Notes: a model not told the origin generated them from the letters alone. 64,000 nucleotides of DNA from an uncultured Candidatus Rokubacteria bacterium (GCA_963826115.1 CAWGVS010000005.1:480001-544000), one strand, 5' to 3'. Positions 19,197 to 28,781 are shown, counted from the stretch's first letter. Numbers and translations are program-made.

Positions 19197-19727
19197 TCAG
19201 TCCTGGCCTTCCAGCAGGAGCTTCACGACCCGCGGCGCGATCTCGCGCGCCCGCTGGTCGAGCTGGGCCTCGGTCAGGTTGGCGATGGGGTGGGGCATGA
19301 GGAGGAACCGGTAGGTCGGCACCCCCCACTGCTCGGCCATCGCCCGGCCAGTGAGCTCGAACACGTCGGTGACGATCGAGGCCGAGGGCACGCCTGCCTT
19401 CTCCAGCACGATTCCGTCGAGCACACTGCCCGACGAGCAGGACCCTCAGTCGCCGATGCCGGCGACCATCACATCGCAGGTCGCCTTGATCTCCTGGACG
19501 ATCTCGTCGTGCGCGGGGACGCTCGAGTTGTGCTTGCGCCACAGGCGCGCGTCGGCCGCGCCGTAGTCGGCGACCAGGACGTCGCCGATCTTCTGCAGCA
19601 GCCGGTCGGAGTTGAACTTCGTGTTCTCGACCAGGCCGACCCGCTTCCCCGCGAGGGAGCCCGGCCGCGCGGCGAACTTGACCGTCTGCGTCGAGACCTC
19701 GACGGTCGGATCCAGGATCTCGATCAT
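19197..19727 (-). CDS. UGSC-family selenoprotein (in-frame TGA at 19446-19448 read as Sec)
   Basis: Two in-frame ORF pieces join as VAGIGD-(TGA)-GSCSSGSVLDGIVLEKAGVP; NTKFN and PHPI motifs; hairpin directly 3' of the TGA. Confidence 0.85.
19418..19447 (-). promoter_or_regulatory. Putative bacterial SECIS element
   Basis: CTGCTC-GTC-GGGCAG stem-loop with a G-first loop, beginning a few nt after the TGA; weak lower stem. Confidence 0.55.
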
Positions 19728-20764
19728 CGCTTGACCTCCTTGGTCACGGCCTGGGAGGAGCGCTTGCCTCCCCAGCCTGGGATGTAGCAGGAGAAGGCTC
19801 CGGCCCGGCCGCCCGCCGCCACCACGAGGATGTCGTCGGGCGACTCGACCAGCGGGCGCATCCGCGTTTCGTCGCCGGGCTGGACCGCTCCCGCCATCTG
19901 GTGGGTCCGGCGGAGGTGCGCGTGCGAGTTCTGCGTGCGCGCGAAGAGGAACTCGCGGATCATCGCCTTGTTCCAGCCGTCGGCGGCGATCGTCCGCATG
20001 TGCTCGCCGGCGAGCACGACGACGAAGTTCGGCTGGCCCATCATGTTGCCGGACGAGTGCATGTCGTCGGCCAGAGTGGTCAGGATGCCCTCCGCGGTGC
20101 TGGAGAGCTGGTTGTAGAACTGCCGGGGGCCGGCGGCGGCCACGATGGTCACCGCGCTCTGGTCCGGTCGGAAGCCGCGCTCGACGTGGAGCGGCGTCCA
20201 GGGGCTCTCGGCCTCGTTCTCGGCGATCACGAAGGACAGCTTGCCGGGATGGCCGACCGTGCCGCGGTCGAGCAGGCCCGGCCGCGAGCCGCAGACGTTG
20301 CGCATCACGAGCCGGACCGCGCGCCCGATCGTGAGGTTGGCCCGCCAGCCGGGCCCGAAGAGGTTGTCGCCGGCGTTCACGTCCAGCTCGCGCGCCACCG
20401 GCCCGTTGACGATGAGGAGGACGGCGGCGCCCGAGGTCGACGTGCCCGGCCCGTGGTAGCTCCACCGCGGGTCCCCGATGCCCTCGACGGCCGCCACGAC
20501 GACCGGCATGTACTCCGGCCGGCATCCCGCCATGACGGCGTTGATCGCGACCTTCTCGGCGGTCACCGAGACGGCGCGGTGAGCGATGTACGCGATCTCC
20601 CGGGCGGGCTCGAGGCGGGCGCCCGCGAGCATGGCCTCGACGCGCTCCGGGGTGGGGGGGACGACCGGGAGACCGTCCGTCCATCCCCGGGCAAAGCAGA
20701 GCTCGATCGCTGCCGCATCGTCGGCGACGCGGTGACGAATCGCGGTCAGGGTCGACGCGCCCAC
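19724..20764 (-). CDS. Uncharacterised protein of the family usually adjacent to UGSC proteins
   Basis: GWTDGLPVVPPTPERV, EKVAINAVMAGC, RANLTIGRAVRL, AENE; ATGA coupling to the UGSC gene. Confidence 0.85.
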   Translation of the reverse strand: MGASTLTAIRHRVADDAAAIELCFARGWTDGLPVVPPTPERVEAMLAGARLEPAREIAYIAHRAVSVTAEKVAINAVMAGCRPEYMPVVVAAVEGIGDPRWSYHGPGTSTSGAAVLLIVNGPVARELDVNAGDNLFGPGWRANLTIGRAVRLVMRNVCGSRPGLLDRGTVGHPGKLSFVIAENEAESPWTPLHVERGFRPDQSAVTIVAAAGPRQFYNQLSSTAEGILTTLADDMHSSGNMMGQPNFVVVLAGEHMRTIAADGWNKAMIREFLFARTQNSHAHLRRTHQMAGAVQPGDETRMRPLVESPDDILVVAAGGRAGAFSCYIPGWGGKRSSQAVTKEVKR

Positions 20765-20780
20765 GACGGCCGCGCCGGGA

Positions 20781-20984
20781 TCAGCGAGCCTTTTCGCCCG
20801 CTTGGAAACCCGCCTTGTTGTGCGTACCGTCGCAGAACGGCTTGTTGGCCGAGTGCCCGCACCGGCAGAGCGCGATCGTGTCGCCGCTGAGCGTGAACTC
20901 GTTGCCCTCCGCGTCGATCAGGCGGACCGGGCCCTTCACGAGGTACGGGCCGTTCATGCGGGTCATGATGCTCGGCTTGTCCAC
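20781..20984 (-). CDS. CDGSH iron-sulfur domain protein
   Basis: NGPYLV, LCRCGHSANKPFCDGTH; RBS AAGGAGGTG. Confidence 0.9.
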   Translation of the reverse strand: MDKPSIMTRMNGPYLVKGPVRLIDAEGNEFTLSGDTIALCRCGHSANKPFCDGTHNKAGFQAGEKAR

Positions 20985-21044
20985 GTCGCACCTCCTTGGC
21001 ACGGCCCCGAGGGGCCGGCGGGGTCTGGTTGAACGTCGGTCTCC

Positions 21045-21079
21045 AGGACAGGATGGAGAATGTCCTTGCCGCCTGTCAA
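21045..21079 (-). promoter_or_regulatory. Promoter and operator-like inverted repeat for the CDGSH-partner-UGSC operon
   Basis: TTGACA (21074-21079), CATCCT 18 bp downstream; AGGACA-N10-TGTCCT repeat spans the -10 region. Confidence 0.5.
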
Positions 21080-21145
21080 TGAGATGGTGGGACGCGGGTC
21101 GCGGGTTCCGGGCGAGTCGCCCGGTGCCGCGCAGCCTGGTACCGC

Positions 21146-22300
21146 TCAGTGGAGTAGCGCGGCGAGCCCTCCCGCGAGGGCCCCTCCGGCCACGAGCCAC
21201 GCGGAGTTCAGCCGCGTGGCCAGGAGGAGCGCGGCGGAGGCCAGCGCCAGCCCGACGGTCGCCCAGTCGACGACGGCCGCGCGCCCGAGCTCCCACGTCA
21301 CGACAACCATCAGCGCGACCGACGCCGCGTTGGCTCCGTCGAGGAAGCCGCTCGCCCACGGGGACCGGCGGAGGCGCGGCACCAGCGGGCTCGACAGGGC
21401 CACGAATGCGAAGGACGGCAGGAAGATTGCCACGGTGGCGACGATCGCGCCCGGGACCGACGCGATGAGGTACCCGACGAAGGTCGCGGTCGTGAGGACG
21501 GGGCCCGGGGTGAACTGGCCGACGGCGACCGCGTCCAGGAGCTGGGCGTCCGTGAGCCAGCCGGTCCGCTCGACCACGTCGGGCCGGAGGAAAGCGAGGA
21601 GGACGTAGCCGCTTCCGAAGAGGATCGATCCGATCTTCAGGAAGACGAGGGCGAGCTGCGGCAGGGTCGCGCTCGCGGCGGCCGTCCCGCCCGCCACCGG
21701 CGCGAGGCCCGCCGCACCGCCGGCCGCGAGGAGCGCGCCCCCGGGGACCAGCACTCGGACACCGCCCCCGGCGGCGACACGTCGGAGTAGCGGCATCCCG
21801 AGGGCGGCCGCGAAGAGGAGCGCGACCTCGTTGACCCCGCGGACGGAGAGGATCAGGACGGCCAGCGCGACTGCGGCGGCGAGCGGGGTGGTGACGGCCC
21901 GGCGGGCGAGCGCCCAGACCGCCTGGACCACGACCGCGATGATCACCGGCTTGACGCCGTAGAGGATCCAGCCGGCCTCGGGGAGTTGGCCGTACCGGTC
22001 GTAGGCCACGGCGAGGGCGAGCGTGATCAGCATCGCGGGGAGGATGAAGCAGACGCCGCCGGCGACCAGACCCGGCCAGCCCGCGCGCACGAATCCCACG
22101 TGGATGGCCATCTCGGTCGAGTTCGGCCCGGGGATCAGGTTGGTCGCGCCGAGGAGATCCAGGAACTCATCGCGCGTCAGCCACGCGCGCCGGCGGACCA
22201 CCTCGTCCTCCATCATTGCGATGTGCGCGGCCGGCCCGCCGAAGCCGATCAGGCCGAGCTTGAGGAAGAGCCGCGCGACCTCTCCGACGCCCTGGGGCAT
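21146..22300 (-). CDS. chrA: Chromate efflux transporter (long-chain CHR)
   Basis: GFGGPAAH, IPGPNSTE, FGSGYVL, GQFTPGP. Confidence 0.92.
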   Translation of the reverse strand: MPQGVGEVARLFLKLGLIGFGGPAAHIAMMEDEVVRRRAWLTRDEFLDLLGATNLIPGPNSTEMAIHVGFVRAGWPGLVAGGVCFILPAMLITLALAVAYDRYGQLPEAGWILYGVKPVIIAVVVQAVWALARRAVTTPLAAAVALAVLILSVRGVNEVALLFAAALGMPLLRRVAAGGGVRVLVPGGALLAAGGAAGLAPVAGGTAAASATLPQLALVFLKIGSILFGSGYVLLAFLRPDVVERTGWLTDAQLLDAVAVGQFTPGPVLTTATFVGYLIASVPGAIVATVAIFLPSFAFVALSSPLVPRLRRSPWASGFLDGANAASVALMVVVTWELGRAAVVDWATVGLALASAALLLATRLNSAWLVAGGALAGGLAALLH

Positions 22301-22314
22301 GGTGGCTTTCGCGG

Positions 22315-22328
22315 CGGAGTATACTCCG
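22315..22328. promoter_or_regulatory. Palindromic bidirectional -10 element
   Basis: Perfect palindrome CGGAGTATACTCCG gives TATACT on both strands between divergent genes. Confidence 0.55.
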
Positions 22329-22343
22329 GTCGGAGACGCCCGC

Positions 22344-23042
22344 ATGAGGGACGACGTGAAGGAGGCACGCGGGCGCGCGCCGCGGGATGGTGGCGGCCAC
22401 GGCGGTCTGTCACCCACGCTGGTCGCGTGGCTCGAGGCGGAGCCGCTCGACGGCCGCGCGCTGGTCGACGTGGGCACGGGCACGGGACGTCTCGCCCTCC
22501 ACGTCGCCCCGCGGGCCCGCCGAGTCCTCGGGATCGACACCGACGCCGGCGCGCTCGTCGAGGCGCAGCGGCGGGCCCGCCGGGCCGGGCTCGCCAACGT
22601 GCTCTTCGTGGTCGCCGACGCCGAGCGGATCGACTATCGCGCGCTCGGCCAGCCGGACCTCGCGGTCGCCCACCTCTGCATGTCGGACGCGATCATCGCC
22701 CGTGCATCCGCCGGCCTCCCGCCTGGGGGTGGCCTCGCCTTCGCCGCCTTTCACACCGACCAGTGGCGGGAGACAGGCTCGGTCTCGCGCTTCGCCTACG
22801 ACCCCGACCGGGCCCGGCGAGTGCTTCTCGAGGCCGGCTTTCGGGTCGAGCGCCTCCAGGTCGAGCAGGAGATCGCGCGGTTCGCGTCGGCGGCGGAGGC
22901 TCTCGACCGGACCGCCGGGCTTCGGGCCCGGTGGGGGACCGACGGGCGCTGGACCTCCTGGGAGCGGTTCATTGCCGAAGGGGGACGCACGCTGACCCAG
23001 AGCCGGCTGGTCGTGCTGGCCCGGCGCGAGGGCGATCGATGA
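22344..23042 (+). CDS. Class I SAM-dependent methyltransferase
   Basis: LVDVGTGTG, GIDTD, ADAE. Confidence 0.8.
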   Translation: MRDDVKEARGRAPRDGGGHGGLSPTLVAWLEAEPLDGRALVDVGTGTGRLALHVAPRARRVLGIDTDAGALVEAQRRARRAGLANVLFVVADAERIDYRALGQPDLAVAHLCMSDAIIARASAGLPPGGGLAFAAFHTDQWRETGSVSRFAYDPDRARRVLLEAGFRVERLQVEQEIARFASAAEALDRTAGLRARWGTDGRWTSWERFIAEGGRTLTQSRLVVLARREGDR

Positions 23043-24175
23043 CGCCGGCCGCGCTCTCCGCGCGGGTCAAGGACGCGGGGCGGTCTCTCGGGTTCGACCT
23101 GGTCGCGATCGGCCCGGCCCGGCCGCCCGACCACGGCGAGGCCTTCGAGCGCTGGCTCGACGCGGGCCACGCGGGGACGATGGCCTATCTCGAGCGCGGT
23201 CGCGACAAGCGCCTCGACCCCCGGCAGGTTCTTCCCGGCGCGCGGTCGGTCGTCGCGTGCGCCCTCGGCTACTTCCAGGGGCCGGAGGCGCAGGGTCCCG
23301 CCGGGATCGCGCGGTACGCGTGGGGCGAGGACTATCACGCCGTGGTCGAGTTCCGGCTCCGCGGGCTGGAACGCGCGCTGACGGAGCTCGCGCCGGAGGC
23401 GGAGTCGCGCGCCTACGTGGACACGGGCCCGCTCCTCGAGCGCGATCTTGCCGCCCGGGCCGGGCTCGGATGGATCGGGAAGAACACGATGCTGCTCCAT
23501 CCGGACCTCGGGTCCTTCTTCTTCATTGGGAGCCTGCTGACGACGGCGGAGCTCGAGTCCGACGCGCCCTTACCCGATCGTTGCGGGAGCTGTACGCGCT
23601 GTCTCGACGCCTGTCCGACGGAGGCCTTCGTCGGCCCTTACGTGCTCGACGCCCGGCGGTGCATCGCGTACCTCACGATCGAGCACCGCGGGCCGATCCC
23701 GGCCGAGCTCCGGGCCGGCGTCGGCGGCTGGGCCTTCGGCTGCGACGTGTGCCAGGACGTCTGCCCCTGGAACCGTCGCGCCCCGGCGACGGCGGAGGCC
23801 GCGTTCCGGTCCCGGCGGCATCCGCCGCTCGGTGAGCTCCTGGCGCTCGAGGAGGCGGCGTACGTGGAGGGCTTCCGCGGAAGCCCGCTCAAGCGCGCGC
23901 GACGCGGGGGCCTCGCCCGCAACGCGGCGGTCGCGCTGGGGAACGGCGGCGCGCCCGCCGACGTGCCGGCGCTCGCCGCGGCCCTCGGCCACGGCGAGCC
24001 GACCGTGCGCGGCCACGCCGCCTGGGCGCTCGGCCGGATCGGCGGTGAGGAGGCGCGCATCGCCCTCCAGGCCGCGCGGACCCGCGAGGGCGACGCCGGC
24101 GCGGCCGGGGAGATGGAGCGCGCGCTGGCCGAGCTGTCCACGACGGAGATCCCGGGAGGGAGAACGCGCCGATGA
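23039..24175 (+). CDS. queG: tRNA epoxyqueuosine reductase
   Basis: RYAWGEDYH, VDTGPLLER, GWIGKN, CGSCTRCLDACPT, FGCDVCQDVCPWN, C-terminal HEAT repeats. Confidence 0.95.
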   Translation: MTPAALSARVKDAGRSLGFDLVAIGPARPPDHGEAFERWLDAGHAGTMAYLERGRDKRLDPRQVLPGARSVVACALGYFQGPEAQGPAGIARYAWGEDYHAVVEFRLRGLERALTELAPEAESRAYVDTGPLLERDLAARAGLGWIGKNTMLLHPDLGSFFFIGSLLTTAELESDAPLPDRCGSCTRCLDACPTEAFVGPYVLDARRCIAYLTIEHRGPIPAELRAGVGGWAFGCDVCQDVCPWNRRAPATAEAAFRSRRHPPLGELLALEEAAYVEGFRGSPLKRARRGGLARNAAVALGNGGAPADVPALAAALGHGEPTVRGHAAWALGRIGGEEARIALQAARTREGDAGAAGEMERALAELSTTEIPGGRTRR

Positions 24176-24768
24176 AGATAGATCCGGGTCGCGACGCCCT
24201 GGTCGTCGTCGACCTCCAGAACGATTTCTGTCCGGAGGGGGCGCTCGCCGTGAAGGACGGCGACGCGATCGTGCCCGTGGTCAACCGCTACCTCGAGCGG
24301 TTCGCCCGCGCGGGCGCGCCCGTGTTCCTGACGCGCGACTGGCATCCGGCCGTGACCACGCACTTCCAGGCCTACGGAGGCATCTGGCCGCCCCACTGCG
24401 TGCAGGGGACCCGGGGCGCCGAGTTCCACCCGGGTCTGAAGCCCCCGGCCCGGGCGGAGGTCGTGTCCAAGGGAATGGATCCCACGCGGGACTCGTACTC
24501 CGCCTTCCAGGCCGAGGACGAGTCCGGGCGGCCCTTGCCCGACGTGCTCGCGGCGCGGGGCGTCCGGCGGCTCTACGTGGGGGGGCTGGCCACGGACTAC
24601 TGTGTCCGCGCCAGCGCGCTGGACGCGCTGAACGGGGGGTTCGAGGTCGTCGTTCTCACCGATGCGATCGGCGCCGTGGACCTCGAGCCCGGGGACGGAG
24701 CCCGCGCGATCGGCGAGATGCGGGACGCGGGCGCGAAATTCGCCACCATGAATGATCTCGGGACCTGA
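24172..24768 (+). CDS. pncA: Nicotinamidase/pyrazinamidase
   Basis: VDLQNDFCP.GAL, RDWHP, WPPHCVQ, YSAF, GLATDYCV. Confidence 0.92.
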   Translation: MKIDPGRDALVVVDLQNDFCPEGALAVKDGDAIVPVVNRYLERFARAGAPVFLTRDWHPAVTTHFQAYGGIWPPHCVQGTRGAEFHPGLKPPARAEVVSKGMDPTRDSYSAFQAEDESGRPLPDVLAARGVRRLYVGGLATDYCVRASALDALNGGFEVVVLTDAIGAVDLEPGDGARAIGEMRDAGAKFATMNDLGT

Positions 24769-24843
24769 CCCGCGTGCTACCATGAGCGAGAACATGCGGA
24801 CGCGACGCGAGCATCGTCGATTGGCACCCCGCGCGAGGTCGGC

Positions 24844-25386
24844 ATGGCGATTCTGAAGGTGGCCCGGCTGGGCCATCCGGTGCTCCGGAAGGTGGCGGAG
24901 CCCGTGCCACGCTCCGAGATCATGCGCCCCGAGACGCAGCGCCTGATCGACGACATGATCGAGACGATGCACGAGTACATCGGCGTCGGTCTCGCGGGGC
25001 CGCAGGTGCACGTCTCGCGGCAGATCGCCGTCCTGGAGTGCGAGTCCCACCCCCGCTACCCCGAGATGGCCAGCATCCCGCTGATGGTGATCATCAACCC
25101 CGTTCTCACGCCGGTGTCCGACGAGACGGCGACGGACTGGGAAGGATGCCTCTCCATCCCGGACTTCCGCGGCGTCACGCCGCGGTACGCGTCGATGCGG
25201 CTCGAGGCCTACGGCCGGCAGGGCGAGAAGATCGAGCTGGTCGCCAAGGACTTTTTCGCGCGAGTGCTCCAGCACGAGACGGACCACCTGAACGGCAAGG
25301 TCTACATGGACCGCATGGGCGACCTGACCACGCTGGCTCACCTCCAGGAGTGGTCCCGCTACTGGCTGCGCGAGGAGCCCGAATGA
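24844..25386 (+). CDS. def: Peptide deformylase
   Basis: GVGLAGPQV, EGCLS, QHETDHLNG. Confidence 0.95.
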   Translation: MAILKVARLGHPVLRKVAEPVPRSEIMRPETQRLIDDMIETMHEYIGVGLAGPQVHVSRQIAVLECESHPRYPEMASIPLMVIINPVLTPVSDETATDWEGCLSIPDFRGVTPRYASMRLEAYGRQGEKIELVAKDFFARVLQHETDHLNGKVYMDRMGDLTTLAHLQEWSRYWLREEPE

Positions 25387-25423
25387 GCCCGGGGGCCCGG
25401 CCGGGACGGCGGGCGGCGGACGC

Positions 25424-25828
25424 ATGACGACGGACGGCGCGACCGTCACCGTCGTCGCGCACGTTCGAGACCTGTTGTTCTCGAGCCGGATCGCGGAGAC
25501 GGCCCGCCGGCTGGGATACGGATTCCGGGCCGCCCGCTCGCTCGACGACTTCCGGACCGCCCTGGCCGACCGCCCGGCGCTCGTGATGCTGGACCTCACC
25601 GACTCGGGGCTCGACATGGACGCGGCGCTGCGGGAGATCGAGGCGGCCGGGCGCCCCGCGCCCGTCCTCGGCTGGTCGACGCACGTCCTCTGGAAGACGA
25701 CCCGGCCGCTCCACGATCGGTGCGACCGGGTGGTCACCCGCGAGGCGCTCACCGCGGAGCTGCCGGAGCTCCTGCGCGGGTTCGTCGAGGCGGGGAGCGC
25801 GTCGGACCGCGGGGGCGCGGGCTCCTAG
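25424..25828 (+). CDS. Atypical receiver-like protein
   Basis: DLLFSSRI, LVMLDL; receiver-like fold without the canonical DD and KP residues. Confidence 0.6.
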   Translation: MTTDGATVTVVAHVRDLLFSSRIAETARRLGYGFRAARSLDDFRTALADRPALVMLDLTDSGLDMDAALREIEAAGRPAPVLGWSTHVLWKTTRPLHDRCDRVVTREALTAELPELLRGFVEAGSASDRGGAGS

Positions 25829-25843
25829 GAGGGAAGGGTGGGG

Positions 25844-26503
25844 ATGGACGCGGAAGCCTTCGTCCGGGACCTCGACGCGCGGAACCAGGCGCTTCTCCGC
25901 CGGCTGGCGCCCGAAGCGACGCTCAAACCCGAGGTCGCGGGCGACCTCAGCGTGGTGAATCTCCTCAAGGTCGCGCTGAAGAACGAGATCGAGGCGACCG
26001 AGAGCGCGGCGCGCTGGCTCGCGACGACGCCCGAGATCGACGTCAAGCTCGCCCTGGCGCGGCAGGTCGGGGACGAGGCCAAGCACTACCGCCTCATCGC
26101 CGATCGGCTCCAGGAGCTCGGTTTCGACGCCCGCGGGTTCGACCCCCTGGCCAAGGGGTACGGCCCGCTGTTCCAGTACCTCGACGGGCTCCGGACGACC
26201 GTGGAGCGGGTTGCCGCCGGCCAGTTCACCCGTGAGGCGATCGCGGTCGTGAAGAACCGCCAGTTCATCGAGTTCTGCGAGGCCGCGGGCGACGAGGCGA
26301 CGGCGCGGCTCTACCGCGACGTCATCGAGCCCGACGAGCACCACCACCACGAGCTCGGGCGGCGACTTCTGCTGCGCTACGCGTCGACGCCGGAGGCCCA
26401 GGAGGCGGCGCGACGCGCCGCGACGCGCACGCTCGAGCTCGCCGAGGAGCTGCAAGGGATGGCGCTCCGGACCGGGGGCATCCACCACGCCCCCGGCTGT
26501 TGA
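25844..26503 (+). CDS. Ferritin-like di-iron domain protein
   Basis: NEIEA, DEAKH, TREA, DEHHH (two ExxH motifs). Confidence 0.8.
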   Translation: MDAEAFVRDLDARNQALLRRLAPEATLKPEVAGDLSVVNLLKVALKNEIEATESAARWLATTPEIDVKLALARQVGDEAKHYRLIADRLQELGFDARGFDPLAKGYGPLFQYLDGLRTTVERVAAGQFTREAIAVVKNRQFIEFCEAAGDEATARLYRDVIEPDEHHHHELGRRLLLRYASTPEAQEAARRAATRTLELAEELQGMALRTGGIHHAPGC

Positions 26504-26531
26504 TCGAGGCCGAACCAGGGAGGTGTGAAGG

Positions 26532-27197
26532 ATGACGAAGAGACTTCGAGGCGCGGGCCTGTGGACCGTCATGACGCTCGGCATCGGGCTGGTCGTGTGG
26601 GGGGCGTGCGGGAAGAAGGAGCTGCCTCCGCTGTCGGCGATCGTCGACGCTCCGTATTTCCGGGTCGGATCGTCCTGGACCTACAAGGTCGAGGACACTG
26701 CCTGGAACGCGCCTCAGATGGTGACGCTCACGTTCATGAAGGACGACGAGTACAAGAACGCGGGAGTCCTGGCCTTCGGCGCCGGGAGCGAGACGATTCT
26801 CTACGACCGCGACCTGAACTTCGTCGCGGTGGCCTCCAACGGGCGGATCCTGCGCGAGGCGTCGCCTTCGCTCCGGTCCTTCGACTTCCCCTTCTACGTG
26901 GGGAAGGAGTGGCGGTCCGTCTTCACGTTCCAGGACAACCAGAAGGGGCTGTCGTGGACACCGGTCGAGGTGTTCTGGCGCGTCAAGGAGTACGACGAGG
27001 TCAGCGTGCCGGCCGGGAAGTTCCGCGCCTTCCTGCTCGAGAGCGAGCCCAGCACGAACTGGGGCGTCAAGAAGGAGCAGGTCTGGTACGCTCCGCAGGC
27101 GAAGCAGCTGGTGAAGCGCCTCCGGGAGCGGACCAACGCGCACTACGAGGGGAAGGGCAAGGACACCTGGGAGCTGGTGCAGTACACGCTGAAGTAG
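26532..27197 (+). CDS. Hypothetical lipoprotein
   Basis: Lipobox VWGAC; beta-rich, VSVPAGKF and WYAP motifs. Confidence 0.75.
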   Translation: MTKRLRGAGLWTVMTLGIGLVVWGACGKKELPPLSAIVDAPYFRVGSSWTYKVEDTAWNAPQMVTLTFMKDDEYKNAGVLAFGAGSETILYDRDLNFVAVASNGRILREASPSLRSFDFPFYVGKEWRSVFTFQDNQKGLSWTPVEVFWRVKEYDEVSVPAGKFRAFLLESEPSTNWGVKKEQVWYAPQAKQLVKRLRERTNAHYEGKGKDTWELVQYTLK

Positions 27198-27213
27198 TCT
27201 CGGAGGATCCATC

Positions 27214-28164
27214 ATGACCCTGGCGGCGCAGCGTCCGTCGTATGCCTTGGTGCCGGGATGGGGCAAGCTCCCCGACGGCTGGAGCTTCGTCGAGGCGACC
27301 GCCGTCGGGGTCGACTCGAAGGACAACGTGTACGTCTACAACCGCGGGGCCCATCCCGTGATCATCTTCGACCGCAACGGAAAGTTCCTCCGGTCGTGGG
27401 GCGAGGGGATGACGAGCCGAGCCCACGGCATCACGATCGGCCCGGACGACACCGTGTGGCTCACCGACGACGGCAACCACACGATCCGGCAGTACACGGC
27501 CGACGGGAAGCTGCTCCTGTCGATCGGTGATCCCGACAAGCCGTCGCCGGCCCACGGGGGCAAGCCGTTCAACCGGCCCACCCACGTCGCGCTCTCGCCC
27601 CAGACCGGCGACATCTACATCTCGGACGGCTACGGGAACTCGCGCGTCCACAAGTACGACCCGAAGGGACGCCTCCAGTTCTCGTGGGGCGAGCCCGGGA
27701 CCGACCCGGGGTGCTTCAACATCCCCCACAACATCGCGACGGACGCCGAGGGCCTCGTCTACGTGGCCGACCGCGAGAATCATCGCGTCCAGGTGTTCGA
27801 CGCCCGGGGCCACTACCAGTACCAGATCAACAATCTCCACCGGGCCTGCGCTGTCTACGTCGACCGCGCCAACGGGGGGCGCATCTTCGTCGGCGAGCTG
27901 CCGTCGCACCTGCCGGTGAACGCGGCGGTCCCGAACATCGGCGCCCGCGTCAGCGTGCTCACGCTCAAGGGGGATCTCCTCGCCCGGGTCGGCGGCAAGT
28001 TCATGGGCGAGGGGCCCGGCGAGTTCATCGCGCCCCACGGGATCGTGATGGACTCCCACGGGGACTTCTACGTCGCCGAGGTCGCCTTCACGGCCAAGGG
28101 CCGCCACGAGAACCCGCCGCGGGAGATCCGAAGCCTCCAGAAGTTCGCGCTCGCCCGCGGCTAG
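27214..28164 (+). CDS. NHL-repeat beta-propeller (peptidyl-alpha-hydroxyglycine lyase-like)
   Basis: AHG, FNRPTHVA, ISDGYGNSRV, PHNI, VADRENHRVQVF, APHGI. Confidence 0.88.
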   Translation: MTLAAQRPSYALVPGWGKLPDGWSFVEATAVGVDSKDNVYVYNRGAHPVIIFDRNGKFLRSWGEGMTSRAHGITIGPDDTVWLTDDGNHTIRQYTADGKLLLSIGDPDKPSPAHGGKPFNRPTHVALSPQTGDIYISDGYGNSRVHKYDPKGRLQFSWGEPGTDPGCFNIPHNIATDAEGLVYVADRENHRVQVFDARGHYQYQINNLHRACAVYVDRANGGRIFVGELPSHLPVNAAVPNIGARVSVLTLKGDLLARVGGKFMGEGPGEFIAPHGIVMDSHGDFYVAEVAFTAKGRHENPPREIRSLQKFALARG

Positions 28165-28221
28165 GCCGCGTCGCCTCCGCTCGCGCCGGAAGCTCGTTCA
28201 CCCCGGCGCGGGCGGACGCCA

Positions 28222-28587
28222 CTACTTCCCGAGCTCCTCCACCAGCAGGTCGGCTGCCCGGCGGACGTGTGCCGCGAGGTCCCCCTCGCCCACCGCGTCC
28301 AGCCGATCGGCCACGGCCAGCACGTGCTCCAGGTCTCCCGCGTCCTGGGCGTGATGGAAGGCCAGGAGATACGCCTTCCCCACGGTCAACGGCTGGCCGT
28401 CGATGGTGGCGGTGAGCTCGCCCGTGGCCAGCTCGTCGCCGGTTTCCACCAGCGCCGTCCACGCCTCTGGTGCTTCCGCTTCCGGGTGCATGGTGCCTGC
28501 CGCCAGACCGAGCCCCAGCGCTGTGGTGAAGGCCGCCACCCCGAGCCAGCCGGGGATCCGGATTGGTGGACGTTCGCTCGGGCTCAT
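28222..28587 (-). CDS. Hypothetical membrane-anchored or secreted helical protein
   Basis: RBS AAGGAGG; N-terminal hydrophobic helix. Confidence 0.7.
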   Translation of the reverse strand: MSPSERPPIRIPGWLGVAAFTTALGLGLAAGTMHPEAEAPEAWTALVETGDELATGELTATIDGQPLTVGKAYLLAFHHAQDAGDLEHVLAVADRLDAVGEGDLAAHVRRAADLLVEELGK

Positions 28588-28631
28588 GTGCCTCGACCTC
28601 CTTCGTGGGCTTGTCGGTCGCTCACGAGAAG

Positions 28632-28647
28632 AGCAAAGGCAATGCCT
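28632..28647 (-). promoter_or_regulatory. Sigma54 -24/-12 promoter
   Basis: AGGCATTGCCTTTGCT on the minus strand (GG-N10-GC), 44 nt upstream of ATG 28587. Confidence 0.65.
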
Positions 28648-28781
28648 GAGACCGTGGCTCGCAAACCATCGTGAAGATTGACGTTGCCACCGGCCACGTG
28701 TGACAGGAACGGCACGGGGTCTGGACTCCCGGATACGCCCCGCCCAGGGATCGCCCGCTCGTCGCCCTCGAGCGCCGGGGT

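Noticed and set aside
26495-26530. Ferritin-like gene ending GC-TGA as a possible second selenoprotein
   Set aside because: Read-through would run out of frame across the whole downstream lipoprotein gene, and I see no convincing SECIS hairpin.
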